Virus record (IMG/VR): IMGVR_UViG_3300028920_000057
Coordinates: 1 to 64,000 of that record
Reading direction: 5' to 3' (one strand)
DNA from: a virus
Length of the DNA stretch: 64,000 nucleotides
Under the pieces are notes generated by a model, which saw nothing but the letters and a program-made list of their open reading frames with translations, ran no database searches and was not told the origin of the DNA. A program made the position numbers and the translations under genes. Within the stretch, counting starts at the first letter, position 1. The number at the start of each line of letters is the position of its first letter. This document shows positions 20,248 to 31,600 of this stretch, in pieces.

Positions 20248-22224
20248 CTACACCTGATAAAATACATTGCCCTGATCCCAGTATCTTCTTTCTAGGACAG
20301 ATGTTGTGTTAATCAATTTCTTATAGGATGAATTTCCGCTACGATATACGATAAACCTTCCGTCTTCTTCCTGAGATCCTTTTTCAAGATATACCGTAAT
20401 ATTATAATATCCACCACTAATGTTATACTCATAAGAGATATTGAACTTTAATTCCAGAGTTTGTCCGTTTAAGTCTGTAAATGATATACGACTTAAAATT
20501 GTGTCATGGATTACTTTCTCCATAGCGGCAAGTGTAATCTTTTGTTCGATAGTTCTCGACGATTCTACGGTGCCTAAAATTGTGGCATAATCTGTTTCGT
20601 TTACAGGAGATATCATCTCTATTTCTTCCAGCTCTATCTTATAGAACATAGGAATAGGAGCGCCGAATATTGGATCGCTGGCTATGTTGGTTGCTACGCT
20701 TGTATTTGATTCAAGCTGAGTATAACCAATACCCAGAGCCACACCAGGATTTAATACGCTACTGGAAGAAGCCGTCTCTGTTTCTCCTATGATTAGATTT
20801 GATAATAGATTAAAGGAATAATGATATAAGAAAGGATCTCGTGGCAACTTCTTATTATTCAAACCATACGCCATACTCACGTTTTCGAGATACGCTGGTA
20901 CTTCACCATCAAAATGACATAGTGGTACGCCGTATCTGAACAACCTGTCTCTGACTTCAAACGCAAAGATTGTCTCACTTTCCGCTCCAGATGAAGTTGA
21001 TATAGATTCCGGCTCTTCAACGGCCGAACTGCTTGAGCTTGCCTCTTCAACAATAGAGCTCGAGCTAGATTCTTCTTCTGAAGATTCGGACGAAAGAGAG
21101 GACTCAGAAGATTCAGAACTTGATTCCGATGATTCAGAACTTGATTCAGAAGACTCACTGGATTCTGACGATTCGGAGCTTGACTCTGAAGACTCTGAGC
21201 TTGACTCTGATGATTCACTAGACTCCGAAGACTCCGATAAGATACTAGAACTTGAAGAAGATTCTTCGAGACCATATTGGTCGGCGCCGATATCCCACGA
21301 TCCCTCGCCTGTCCTATCTCCGTTATCTATGTCTTCTGGATATCCGAGGGCAGTCAAATCAGTACCAGCCCCAATGGCATCTGCTCCTGATTTTAAGTGC
21401 AGGTCTTCAGCTCCTCTCGTGTTACTGACATATTGGTTTGCAGAAGTTTTGTTAGTTAAACTGCCAGATCCAGGAGCGGAAGCGTCCGAACTCAGGTTCG
21501 TTGCATAATCAGCATTTGTATATACCGAATCAAAATCTTGAGAATCATTCTTACCAGCCGTGTCGGTTATGATGTTATTTTTTATGATGTCATTGGAATC
21601 GTTATTGGTATTTTCAATACCATACGAGGTATAAACGACATTACCTCTTATGTCGTGTACGGTGTTGTTTATAAAAATTAGCTTTTCAATAGTATTATTT
21701 GTAATAAACCCTTTAGATCTTTCTATAAGCGACTCAAAATCAAAGATGAAGTTATTAGCAAAAATAACAGTTCCTTTTCGCGCTCTCCACCCAAGGCCGA
21801 TGCCAGAAGCACGAGTGCCATCATAGATCAAACAATTAAGAACCTCAACGGTTGTTGAGGAGGTTTGTCCGTCATTACCATTTTCACCGCCAAAGTCGCG
21901 CATTTCCAGCCATTCAAATTTGGTATTTACTTCAGTGGCAATATAGTGATTATTGGCGCTATCAAAAATGGCCCCGGTACCAGCTGTTCCATCGTGTCGG
22001 CTGGACTCATCGACGGTAAGAGTAATAGAACCCAAAGGGATTCCTTCTCCAGCCGCGCCTGCGACTACCGCCCTGTCGTAAGCAGACCCCAAGTCATACA
22101 CAACACCTACAGCGTCATCTCCGCTGTTATAAATGACACCGCTATCCAGGTCGGACTCCCACGCAGCGACCGTTGTATAATCGCCTGAGCCGTCTGATTT
22201 AATTGTTTTTGTTACAGTAGCCAT
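20248..22224 (-). CDS. Right-handed beta-helix (pectate-lyase/pectinesterase-like) receptor-binding or depolymerase protein with Ser/Glu linker and C-terminal domain
   Basis: N-terminal KSDGSGDYTTVAAW pectinesterase-like start; IFANNFIFD / IFINNTVHD / IIKNNIITD beta-helix rungs; DLHLKSGADAIGAG...DID...R...WDIGADQY cap; then an ~85-aa Ser/Glu tract. Confidence 0.75.
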   Translation of the reverse strand: MATVTKTIKSDGSGDYTTVAAWESDLDSGVIYNSGDDAVGVVYDLGSAYDRAVVAGAAGEGIPLGSITLTVDESSRHDGTAGTGAIFDSANNHYIATEVNTKFEWLEMRDFGGENGNDGQTSSTTVEVLNCLIYDGTRASGIGLGWRARKGTVIFANNFIFDFESLIERSKGFITNNTIEKLIFINNTVHDIRGNVVYTSYGIENTNNDSNDIIKNNIITDTAGKNDSQDFDSVYTNADYATNLSSDASAPGSGSLTNKTSANQYVSNTRGAEDLHLKSGADAIGAGTDLTALGYPEDIDNGDRTGEGSWDIGADQYGLEESSSSSSILSESSESSESSESSSESSESSSESSESSESSESSSESSESSSESSESSLSSESSEEESSSSSIVEEASSSSSAVEEPESISTSSGAESETIFAFEVRDRLFRYGVPLCHFDGEVPAYLENVSMAYGLNNKKLPRDPFLYHYSFNLLSNLIIGETETASSSSVLNPGVALGIGYTQLESNTSVATNIASDPIFGAPIPMFYKIELEEIEMISPVNETDYATILGTVESSRTIEQKITLAAMEKVIHDTILSRISFTDLNGQTLELKFNISYEYNISGGYYNITVYLEKGSQEEDGRFIVYRSGNSSYKKLINTTSVLERRYWDQGNVFYQV

Positions 22225-22769
22225 TAAACATCCTTGCGTTTAGTTTCTAAGCGCCAGTAAATAATCAAGCCCTTTTCACGATAAGGTACGGCATCAACTA
22301 TGTTGTACTTATGCATGATATAATTTCGATTAGAAGGATTACCATATATATCTGTCTTATTTCCATCGGCATCCAAATAGATCTCCATAATACGGCTCAG
22401 CTCAGACTGTTCTCTCGCTTTTAGTGAGTCGTGTGCAACAAAGAAATATATTGCGTCAGATCTAAATTTCTGAGGACTACCAAGAATTTCTGGGCCATCC
22501 TCATATGATTTAAAAGATAATACTTCTCTATCATTATATAAGAATCCAAGTTGATCGCAAATCTTACAATTAGGATCCGGCTCATTATGTCTATCGTCTC
22601 TGAGAGAAATGCACTTGCAACGCTTTGTTCTATCTACAATACGAAGAACATGTGGAGATCCAATATCGTTAAGAAGTTGCTGAAATTCAATGCGGAAATT
22701 AACCGCATCGGCATTCTCGTCATACGTATTAAGAAATCGACTGATATTATCGTATTTATCAAAAGCCAT
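22224..22769 (-). CDS. Putative neck / head-closure protein with Zn-finger
   Basis: FQQLLNDIG.P.VLR......RCKC.......PDPNCKICDQLGFLY: a CxC...CxxC-G motif of the kind seen in head-completion proteins of large myoviruses. Confidence 0.55.
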   Translation of the reverse strand: MAFDKYDNISRFLNTYDENADAVNFRIEFQQLLNDIGSPHVLRIVDRTKRCKCISLRDDRHNEPDPNCKICDQLGFLYNDREVLSFKSYEDGPEILGSPQKFRSDAIYFFVAHDSLKAREQSELSRIMEIYLDADGNKTDIYGNPSNRNYIMHKYNIVDAVPYREKGLIIYWRLETKRKDV

Positions 22770-23623
22770 TATATCTTTGCCTTTCTTAACGCTTTATGAT
22801 TATGAGCCTCGGCCTTCCCGTAATGGTCGTGACCATCCCGTACCTCTTCAACGAACTTGGAATTTGACGTAGCCTTCTTCACTTCGTCTTCGACTATATC
22901 CCATAGTTTGCGGCCCGTATTGTCTACTTGTTGTTGGAAAACAGGGTTCTCCTTAACTTTCTGCAGACCTTTGAGCATTTCTTTAAGAGAATCATAAGAT
23001 TGTTTTCCTAGAATATGAAATGTCTTGAAAGCCCCTGTCCAAAAACGCTTTACTATCATTGCACCACCAGGAACGAAAGCTGCAACCAAAACAGATACAC
23101 CAATAGCAATAAGCAGCCAGAGTTTAAGAGTTCCGATAATTCCTCGTTGTTCTTTAACCTTTGCTTTAAGATCTGAGATGGATATTTCATAGTCGCGCAT
23201 CCTTTGCTGATACGTATAGTTGTTCTTCTGAAATTCCAGGATCTTACTTCGCAATTCCTGTATCATTTTAGTCTGTTTCTTAAAACTTAATTTATCAACA
23301 TCCATAGCTGAAGTTCCCACGGAACTCTGAAGAACTTTAACCTTCTCTTTCGCTGCGTTTAAATTACGATCAATATCAGTACGGGTCAGCGCTTCTCTGG
23401 CCGAATCGATATCCTTCTCCACCATAGACAAGACATCCTGCTCGCCTTTGACAATATCCCATGGCTTGATTGGTGGTTTGACTTCGCCCTTAATCTTCTG
23501 AGCTTGTTTTTCAGCTTTTTCCAGAGCACGTTCTTCCTTACTCTTCCAAAACTTCAGCTTCGGGAAACACCCTCCCAGGGGCAACACTAGGAGAAATGCG
23601 ATTACCAACATTCTTAATTTCAT
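22769..23623 (-). CDS. Lipoprotein with C-terminal transmembrane helix; candidate unimolecular spanin
   Basis: Signal II MKLRMLVIAFLLVLPLGG-C (Cys19), long coiled coil, TM LWLLIAIGVSVLVAAFVPGG. Has its own GAGG SD inside the upstream gene. Confidence 0.6.
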   Translation of the reverse strand: MKLRMLVIAFLLVLPLGGCFPKLKFWKSKEERALEKAEKQAQKIKGEVKPPIKPWDIVKGEQDVLSMVEKDIDSAREALTRTDIDRNLNAAKEKVKVLQSSVGTSAMDVDKLSFKKQTKMIQELRSKILEFQKNNYTYQQRMRDYEISISDLKAKVKEQRGIIGTLKLWLLIAIGVSVLVAAFVPGGAMIVKRFWTGAFKTFHILGKQSYDSLKEMLKGLQKVKENPVFQQQVDNTGRKLWDIVEDEVKKATSNSKFVEEVRDGHDHYGKAEAHNHKALRKAKI

Positions 23624-24053
23624 TACTTAACCTCACTAAGGCTTTTGTTATTTGATCTAATGCTTCAGAGACAGTTGAAACTTGCTGAATGCCCAGTTCG
23701 GGAGCAAGCTCAAGAAGCTCCTCGTTAAACTGATAGCCAGCTTGGCCTATCAATCCAGAGAGAGCATCCCATACTGTCCTGGTTTTATCAAATTTAATAT
23801 CCTTCGCATTTACTTGACCATAGAGGAACCGATGAAGATCCTCCAAAGCCTGCTTCAAAGTCATATTCTTAAACATAGGAGACATAACCTTGATTGATTC
23901 TGCAGTAATTGGCGGCTGTTTTCTAGACTCCGTCTTCTGCATTGGCTTATTTTCAAGCCTTACGATTCGCTCTATTATGTCGGTCAATACTTTATTTAAC
24001 GGTATGCCTCCGTACTGAAATACGTCGACCCCTATTTTCTTCTGTTTATTCAT
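23538..24053 (-). CDS. Small fibre/collar-like structural protein
   Basis: Three A..I.......T(L/V)..AL..L-type repeats (TAESIK..TLKQALEDL, NAKDIKFD..TVWDALSGL, STVSEALDQI), typical of phage fibre shafts. Confidence 0.55.
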   Translation of the reverse strand: MNKQKKIGVDVFQYGGIPLNKVLTDIIERIVRLENKPMQKTESRKQPPITAESIKVMSPMFKNMTLKQALEDLHRFLYGQVNAKDIKFDKTRTVWDALSGLIGQAGYQFNEELLELAPELGIQQVSTVSEALDQITKALVRLSNEIKNVGNRISPSVAPGRVFPEAEVLEE

Positions 24054-27000
24054 AGATCAAATATGTACCTTCTGTTCCGCTTACTCTGTGCGGATTCTGG
24101 AATCTATTTATATGACTATACAGTCCGCTGGTTTGAGCCAGGGGCTGACTTCCGTTCCACTCACGGATAGAGCGGTATGTATTACCAAGTTCGGGAGCGA
24201 CATAATCTTCTATATCGATTGTATCGGCATCTGCCGTAGCTGGGATTTGTCGATATACATAGAACGGAATAATAACTCCCTCATAATTAACATTGAATAA
24301 ATGACGATATTGCAGCGTCCCGCTTTGGTAATCGCTTATTATCTGCTCAATAGCAGCTTGCGAAAACTGAGCAGTACCGGCGGAATATGTCATTTCGTAT
24401 GGGCCAACACTACCATTATAAATATGGGCCAGGCCGATGTCTCCATCGAACATATCTAAGGCCTGTCCTATCGTAAGCAATCTATTGCCCGTAGCCCCGA
24501 TAAAGTCTGTCAAATTAACCTCGACATAACCAGATATTAAACCTTCCCTATCTCCCAAGACAATATAATATGGATTGTCAACATTGTTGTCTTCCATAAT
24601 GTCTCTGAAGGAATTATCGCTATTATACTTTAGAACTACATCTGCCTGATATTGAATCTTATACATAAAGGCAGGCAGTAAACAAATCGGCATTAGTTCT
24701 GCATCACCTTCGTCTAGATAGAACAATACAATATCTATTGTTTTAATAAGAACGCCCTGATCTTCTGCGGCCTCATCAAAGAAATCAGAAGGAATGTCTT
24801 CTGGATCAAAAGTAATATCGCCCTGTAGCCGTTTATCTGTCGAAGTCCATCTATATCGATTAGAGCCATTAGCTCCTGAATATGTAACACCTTCCGTCGT
24901 CCTGTCTTGTTCGTCCCAAAAGCTCAGGTCGTCAGATAATGCAGACGTGACGTCTCTATACTTGCCCTTATAATGAGTATATAATTTGAATACTATTTTA
25001 TTATCAAAATCAAGATCCAATCCAGTCTTGAAATTAAGTGCTTCAAGTCCGAAATCAAAACTTACTGTGTTAGTAATGTTTGAGTCTCCGTAAATATAAG
25101 GAGTAGGAACAGGCTGATCGTAAGTGACCGTTACGTTATAATTAGGAATAGCCTCAATCGTATGTAGTCTCTGGTAGAATGAGCCGGTTGTGATCTTATT
25201 ATCTGCGATAGTAAAATATGGTTGTTTTGTCTCGTCAGTATATTCCTCCACGGTAGGAGTAAGTGCAAGCTCCGTGTTTTTAACAGTTGGGATGATGTTG
25301 TACTTAACGGCGAGCTTTCCTGTAGATGCGAGATTGCTGTAAGATTGTCCCAACGTAGGTGCTTCTCGAGTAATTTTCACGCTCTGAGGATTAACCTTAA
25401 TCATCGGACCTATCAATCTAACTGTCCAGAACTCGCTATTATATGCATCAATAAGCGTATTTATATTGCCTGCGGCTTTTGGAATAATATCGTAGTATGC
25501 ATTTTTAATGACCCCATGTGGACTATCGAGCGTAATTGGCGATAGATCTGGATCTGGATCTGCGAAGTTGTTTTCTAGAGTGCTGGTTTCAGGGCCGGCA
25601 CTTGAAGAAGATCCTTCATTAACATTCAAAATGTCAGAAATGGATACGAGCGAACTTTCAGACAATTCGACTTCTTCCGCAATCCGTTCTTCAAATCCCG
25701 CAAAAGCGCGTTCCATATTGGTTTCAATTTCTCCAAGAGCTTCTTCCATTCTTTGAACGATATCAAAGTATCCAGTATTTCCATATCTGACAATAGTCTC
25801 TGTTTGTTGGAGGCGTTTATCTTCTTCATATTGCAGGGCTCTATTAACGGTATCTATCATTAAAGCTGTGCCGTTATACAGGTCGCCGGCAAAAGTATAT
25901 GGAGCATTCAACTTGATGGTATCAGCGTCTTCATCAAAAGTCTCTGGAGTATAATCTGTGTCAATTATAATGGCCGTCGCACTAACGGCAGTAATAGTGT
26001 GTTTGCCGTCGTAAGAATCTGTATTCTCAATTGTAACGATATCATCCACTCTAAAGGAATGTTGTACCGTATTCTCAAGCTTAATTTCCAAACGGGTCAA
26101 ACCATCTCCGGCACTTTGAGCAGATCCCGTTAGATAGCCATCTATCCTGCGTATTATAGACTCGGGAATCGTTACGTCACGATGTCCAAAATAGTCTGCA
26201 TAATAATCCAGCTGTTCATCCAGCCTGATCCAGCTATCTGTAAAGTATCGATCATATCCGCCAAATTCAGCAAGATCAAGCATAGTGGCATTCTTAAACA
26301 GATTGATCTGACGATATGTCGGGAATCCTTCAAGCTGCGAAATAGCATAAACACATCCCGAACTACTTGAAGATGAAGATCCTTCTTCTGAATCTGTGGG
26401 GCATGTAAATTCCCTGATTACTTCGTCGATATAAATCTTATAATAATAATTGCCAAAGACATTCAGTCCAGGACAGAACTCGTATGGCCCCGCTGAACTC
26501 GAAGGAATCTCGCAGCTTGACGACAAGGCGCTACTTGAAGAAGACAGAGATGATGAGGAAACCTCTTCTGCAGAAGAAGATGAGGCCGCTCTATTGTCGA
26601 TACCACAGACATCCAAGGTGATATCTTCAAAAGCGGTGCGGAATATCGTGTACTTCTTGGGGTTGCTATATAGCCAGGCTGTTGCGTCCAACAAAGTTAA
26701 CATTGCATCTGTGCCGAATGTTTCGCTCACAAACGTACGTCTAAGTATAATCATATTTGCACTTGGTGCGTCTGATACGACGTATGTGCCATTGTAATTA
26801 TCTGTCCCGCGAATAGTAACAGATGAGCCTAAAGTAATTCTGTGATCAGGTATATAGAGGCCGAATTTTGTAGAATCTCCGACACTTATTGCGTGTCCGC
26901 CGCTAAGAGAAAACTCTAATTGAGGAAGAGGATATATCGTATAAAAGGATTGCCCGCTCCTATTGTCGTAGCCGCTTCCTCCTCCGCCAAAGATTGTATT

Positions 27001-27930
27001 CCACAAATCATCAAAATCCACTGCTGCCAACCCCAATCCCTCTTCTTCGATAATTGAGCTGGAACATGAAGATGACGAAAGCAGTGCTTGCTCTTGTGAG
27101 CTGCTGCAACTGCTGCTGCCACCGCTACTGCAACTGCTGCTGCTTGCTGCCTCTTCCTCAATTTCTGAGAAAGGATCATAATTAATTACGAACTCCGGCG
27201 CCATAATAAGCCATTGATGCTTTGTTCTACCGTACAAGTCCTGCGGAGCCCACCTTGGAGAATAGCCATATGTAAGCTGGTATGGCACATATTGCGGTAC
27301 AATAAATCTGTCTTCACCAGGAGTTTTATATTTACAATAATCGGTTCCCGTAGAGAAATTGCAGGTAGGAGAATTGGGATCCAGATCTCTCAAGTATCTA
27401 TAGGATTTCACGTTCTTAAAGAAATCAAAGCCCTCGTTTTGTACTTTAGAGAACTTAGGCTGATTCAGATTTAATTCAGACTGACTGCTTCCCTCATACC
27501 AGAATACGTTGATATGGTAGTCAAGCAATTCCTGTTCATCTTCTACATCAAGAGGATCTTTTACATGTTGAAGCGCGTACTTCGCAAGTCCGATAAAAGA
27601 CAGCGGCAAATCGGTTCTGTACTCTGTGTCCGTCAGATTCTTGGGAGGATATACGTTGACCATCACCCATGCATTAAACAGGGCCAGGTTGTCGATGAAG
27701 TTTTCTGCCGGATCACTACAATATAAATCTTGCGATATAGAGCTATACTCAATTAATGTAGCCGTGCTTAATCCGATAGAATCCCAAGGAATACTCAAAA
27801 GAGATGCAGGTATATTGAAATCATCCGCGCCTATCCCGGCCCAATTTGCTTCACCACCAAGCAGGTTTGATTCAAAATCATACTTGATGGCGTCGGCCAT
27901 CTGGAAATCTTTATTGATTGCTAATGGCAT
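24046..27930 (-). CDS. Large virion structural protein with two small beta-barrel repeats and multiple Ser/Cys tracts
   Basis: 1294 aa. Two H.......VTI..TD.Y.G...(V/I)......I.....F..ETF repeats; four Ser-rich inserts; C-terminal NPHRV. Confidence 0.65.
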   Translation of the reverse strand: MPLAINKDFQMADAIKYDFESNLLGGEANWAGIGADDFNIPASLLSIPWDSIGLSTATLIEYSSISQDLYCSDPAENFIDNLALFNAWVMVNVYPPKNLTDTEYRTDLPLSFIGLAKYALQHVKDPLDVEDEQELLDYHINVFWYEGSSQSELNLNQPKFSKVQNEGFDFFKNVKSYRYLRDLDPNSPTCNFSTGTDYCKYKTPGEDRFIVPQYVPYQLTYGYSPRWAPQDLYGRTKHQWLIMAPEFVINYDPFSEIEEEAASSSSCSSGGSSSCSSSQEQALLSSSSCSSSIIEEEGLGLAAVDFDDLWNTIFGGGGSGYDNRSGQSFYTIYPLPQLEFSLSGGHAISVGDSTKFGLYIPDHRITLGSSVTIRGTDNYNGTYVVSDAPSANMIILRRTFVSETFGTDAMLTLLDATAWLYSNPKKYTIFRTAFEDITLDVCGIDNRAASSSSAEEVSSSSLSSSSSALSSSCEIPSSSAGPYEFCPGLNVFGNYYYKIYIDEVIREFTCPTDSEEGSSSSSSSGCVYAISQLEGFPTYRQINLFKNATMLDLAEFGGYDRYFTDSWIRLDEQLDYYADYFGHRDVTIPESIIRRIDGYLTGSAQSAGDGLTRLEIKLENTVQHSFRVDDIVTIENTDSYDGKHTITAVSATAIIIDTDYTPETFDEDADTIKLNAPYTFAGDLYNGTALMIDTVNRALQYEEDKRLQQTETIVRYGNTGYFDIVQRMEEALGEIETNMERAFAGFEERIAEEVELSESSLVSISDILNVNEGSSSSAGPETSTLENNFADPDPDLSPITLDSPHGVIKNAYYDIIPKAAGNINTLIDAYNSEFWTVRLIGPMIKVNPQSVKITREAPTLGQSYSNLASTGKLAVKYNIIPTVKNTELALTPTVEEYTDETKQPYFTIADNKITTGSFYQRLHTIEAIPNYNVTVTYDQPVPTPYIYGDSNITNTVSFDFGLEALNFKTGLDLDFDNKIVFKLYTHYKGKYRDVTSALSDDLSFWDEQDRTTEGVTYSGANGSNRYRWTSTDKRLQGDITFDPEDIPSDFFDEAAEDQGVLIKTIDIVLFYLDEGDAELMPICLLPAFMYKIQYQADVVLKYNSDNSFRDIMEDNNVDNPYYIVLGDREGLISGYVEVNLTDFIGATGNRLLTIGQALDMFDGDIGLAHIYNGSVGPYEMTYSAGTAQFSQAAIEQIISDYQSGTLQYRHLFNVNYEGVIIPFYVYRQIPATADADTIDIEDYVAPELGNTYRSIREWNGSQPLAQTSGLYSHINRFQNPHRVSGTEGTYLIYE

Positions 27931-27943
27931 TTATCTCTCCGTA

Positions 27944-28684
27944 TTAAGCGCCAGAAGAATCGGAAGAAGAATCAGAAGACGATGAAGATTCTTCTTCAGA
28001 ACTACTGGACTCTGATGATGATGAAGACGATTCGCCGGAAATCGGCGCTGTCGCATCTAAGCCCCTTGGATCTGGCTGATAAACAACATTTCTATCCGTA
28101 AGCTGCGAAGCTGTAACTTTATGTGGATTGTTATAGTCCGCTATATGTTCGTCCAAAGTTTGCTGCGATACCTGGAGTCTGTTTAAGATATCGCTTTTTG
28201 CTGCCGCAGTAGTATTGGCTGCATTATCTATTTGGGTTTCAAGCCTGTCGGTATTTGTTTCCAGCTTGTTCGTAAGTGTTTCAAACTTGGTTTGAACCGT
28301 AGTGAGCAAACTTGAAAGAGTCGTATTGATAGTCTGAATAGACGTAAGCTCGTCTTTGGTGGTCTCAATAAACTGTTCGATTGCTGTATCTAATTTGGCG
28401 TCGATATAGCTTTTCAATTCCCCGATAGACTCCTCTCTGGCAGTGGAAAGGGCCTGGGTATATTCCTGTACGACTTCGTTCATCTTCTCCCGAAGCTGAA
28501 CAAATCTGCGAGCTACTGCAAGTTCAACTTCCTTTGCCGCATCCTCGACCTCATATTTAAATGCGTCGATGGATTCTGCCAGGACCTGCATATTTTTATT
28601 GATAGCATGCCCCCAGTTGTTGTCTCCTGGATTGAAATAAACTATCTGTTGGCCTGTTAAGCCAGGTAAACTTGTTATTGACAT
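27944..28684 (-). CDS. Coiled-coil fibre protein with C-terminal poly-Ser tail
   Basis: N-terminal PGDNNWGHAINKNMQVL fibre-attachment-like motif, heptad repeats, LDEHIADYNNPHKVTASQL motif common in tail fibres; ends GESSSSSSESSSSEEESSSSSDSSSDSSGA. Confidence 0.7.
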   Translation of the reverse strand: MSITSLPGLTGQQIVYFNPGDNNWGHAINKNMQVLAESIDAFKYEVEDAAKEVELAVARRFVQLREKMNEVVQEYTQALSTAREESIGELKSYIDAKLDTAIEQFIETTKDELTSIQTINTTLSSLLTTVQTKFETLTNKLETNTDRLETQIDNAANTTAAAKSDILNRLQVSQQTLDEHIADYNNPHKVTASQLTDRNVVYQPDPRGLDATAPISGESSSSSSESSSSEEESSSSSDSSSDSSGA

Positions 28685-28697
28685 TTATAGACTCCTA

Positions 28698-31600
28698 TTA
28701 ATTACCAAAGTCTTCATCCCACTGATATCCCCATCCATCTTTATCTCCATCATAATAATTATCATTACTCGTATATGCCGGAGCAGATGGCGCGCTGAAT
28801 ACAGTAAAATCGGTTTCTATCTTAATGGGCGGATTATAATTAATGCCTTGGCTCGATGTTTCGTCTGGGTCATAGATTATTCTATGTCTACCCTTGCCTT
28901 GACCGTTATAAAGAGCGAAGTCTGTATCGACTATTAAAGCTTCGCTGAATTCTCCGGTTAATTTGATATAGAAAAATCCCCGCTTATAGCGAATATCATA
29001 ATCGATCTCGGTATATTCGCTCGTCAGATCTGTTTCGTATTCAATATATAGTTCTGCCGTATAGACATCGTCGCTTAGCAGTGTAAGCTTATCGTTTTCA
29101 TCTATAGAGAACTGAACCTCTTGAAGTTCAACGCTATGATCTGTCATAATAATAGGAGCTTGAGGATTATGCTCTTGAGATAGAAAATAATGCTCGTCCG
29201 GCAAAACTGTAACGTAGTGATTTTCATCTACAATTGTTCCATCTATATCTACGATCTTCAAAGATAGATTATATATAGACGCAGAGCTCGACAGAGAAGA
29301 AGATGAGCTGGTAGGAGATTGTTCTTTGATGTAGAGTTCTTGATCGGCTCTGCAATATACTATATTGTTAATATCTCTCAGCTCTCTACCATCAAGCGCT
29401 TCCGATAAAGAATCTGGATCAAGCTTATAGTAAACAAGATCGGTTAACAGCTCTCGTCTTTTATCTATGTATAGATAGAACTGCATCTCTCCGATATAGA
29501 AGAATCCCGGCTTGACCTGTGGATTATAATTGTCTGCGACACCAACAACCTCTAAGTCTTTAAAGATCTCGAAGTCCTCCAATGTTGCATTGACGCCACT
29601 CTGTATATCAGTAAGCTTTGTCCCATTTACATGATATGTTTCCGATTCTTCCGCGTCAACCCTCCCAAGCAATTGGCCGTTTGCATCAAGAAGCCAAGAG
29701 AAAAATCCGTCGTTATATGCCCTTAGAGTTCCTCCTCCGACCAGGTTTTGGGATATCATGTCCCATCTATCTCGGCCTGCAATTTGTCTGTCCCAGGTAT
29801 CGTGAATCAAATTGCGAAGCTCTATAGCTCTATTGTGAGTTCTGTTCAGTTCTTGTGCCGTAATACTTAAGTCTTGAAAAGCCGCAAACGCATCTTCATC
29901 AAAAGTATCTATCCTTACAGGAAGATAATCCATTGAAATATTAACCGTATCGCCATCCACGTCTCTCAGATTGATTGCCCTCAAAGTATCCATCGTCGTC
30001 AAGCCTATTTCACTATCTATCGTGAAGCCTTCGGCCTGTAATTGACGAACCAGATCTCCTATTGATAAACTCGTTAAATCAATCTCGTATTCATAATATC
30101 GATACTGCACTTCTACGCTTGTCGTTTTAGCTGGATCAGCATAATGATTAAACTGCAAGATAGTAGAGAATTCGTCGTGAGAATATAATGCAGCAGGATA
30201 TATTTTGTCGTCAACCTTTACGCTTATGATATTACGGATAGGATATGATAATGTAACATAAGCATAATTTGTGTCAGGCTGAACTGTCTCGGTTATTACG
30301 GCATCTGGCTGAGAAATATAAAGCATTTCCTTGCGTTTTATCAGAGCCATATTATCTCTGATAGATATGATGCTGGAGATTATTTCTCTGCCGAGCCTTA
30401 GAGTAATGGCATTCAAGATGTCTCGATTGTTACAGCCCGTAGCATAATTTGTACTATAATCGATCATCCTGTTTTTATATCTGTAATTTGATTCTCCTTC
30501 AAGACGAGGAAAATCCCGTATCAAACCATGTTCATCAAGCAGATTAAAATACGGAGCATAAGCAATATCATAGCTAGACAATCCTGTAAGCGTTGCATAT
30601 TCTTCTCTAAAGACAATATCGTTTGTGTCGTCGTCTATAAAATAATAGTCATATTTTAATTCGATCTCCCGCGTAACAACGACGTCCGTAGTTGAAGAAA
30701 CAAAGATCTTGTATGGATCTTCAAAAGTCCCGATAAGAGATATGGTGCCGGTTTCCAGGAAGTCAGAGTTAGACAAAGCAACACGTTTTGTAACCGTCAG
30801 GATGTTATCTTCTTCTTCCGGGGCGTCAGGCGTAATCCATAATAGACTATATGTATATTCTGAAGCCCCACTTGAGCTCGACGAGGAAGACGAGGATGAC
30901 GCTTCCTCACCATCTCGAACAAGAGCTACTATGTTTTCATCTTGTAAATATATGTCGATTATTTCTGATGTCGCTTCATCCAGAACACCATTTGGCATTA
31001 ATTCTTCAAGAGTATATCTGTATACAACCGAGCCATCAATAGTTTTAATAATCTGTCCATTATCAACAGAGAACTCTTGAGGATATAGAGTACCAAAGAA
31101 TTCTACTTTGAAATCAAAGAACGATTTACCAGTTGTAAACGGTTCGTCAATCGCCGCTTCTGTATCGGAAATACGAGCATACGTCGCAGGAGTTCTGCGA
31201 TACATGTCGTTTATACTATTCGTATAGTAAACTCTTCTACCATCGCCCATCAAATAATAAGGATCTGTTTCATTGGTAAGTAACCAATATGGAGTTTCGT
31301 CTGCCTTTCTTGACCATCCGTGATGCTCATAGTCGAGCCATAAGGCGATCTTTGCTCCGGCCGGATCTCCCTCTATAGTTATTTGTGTCAACTCTCTGGC
31401 GTCGGAATCCTTTAAATCAATCACAGAGCTAAAATCCGAGACCTCATAGCTATAATCGGCTCCAGTAGTAATGTTGGCGCCCTCGAGTGTAATTTTGCTT
31501 ATAGAGCCTCCTGAGACGCTTAGATAGAATGGTCGATTCCTTGCTATTTGTACGGATAGATATTGGGTGTATCCATCCGCCGTTTCTATCCAGTTAAGAT

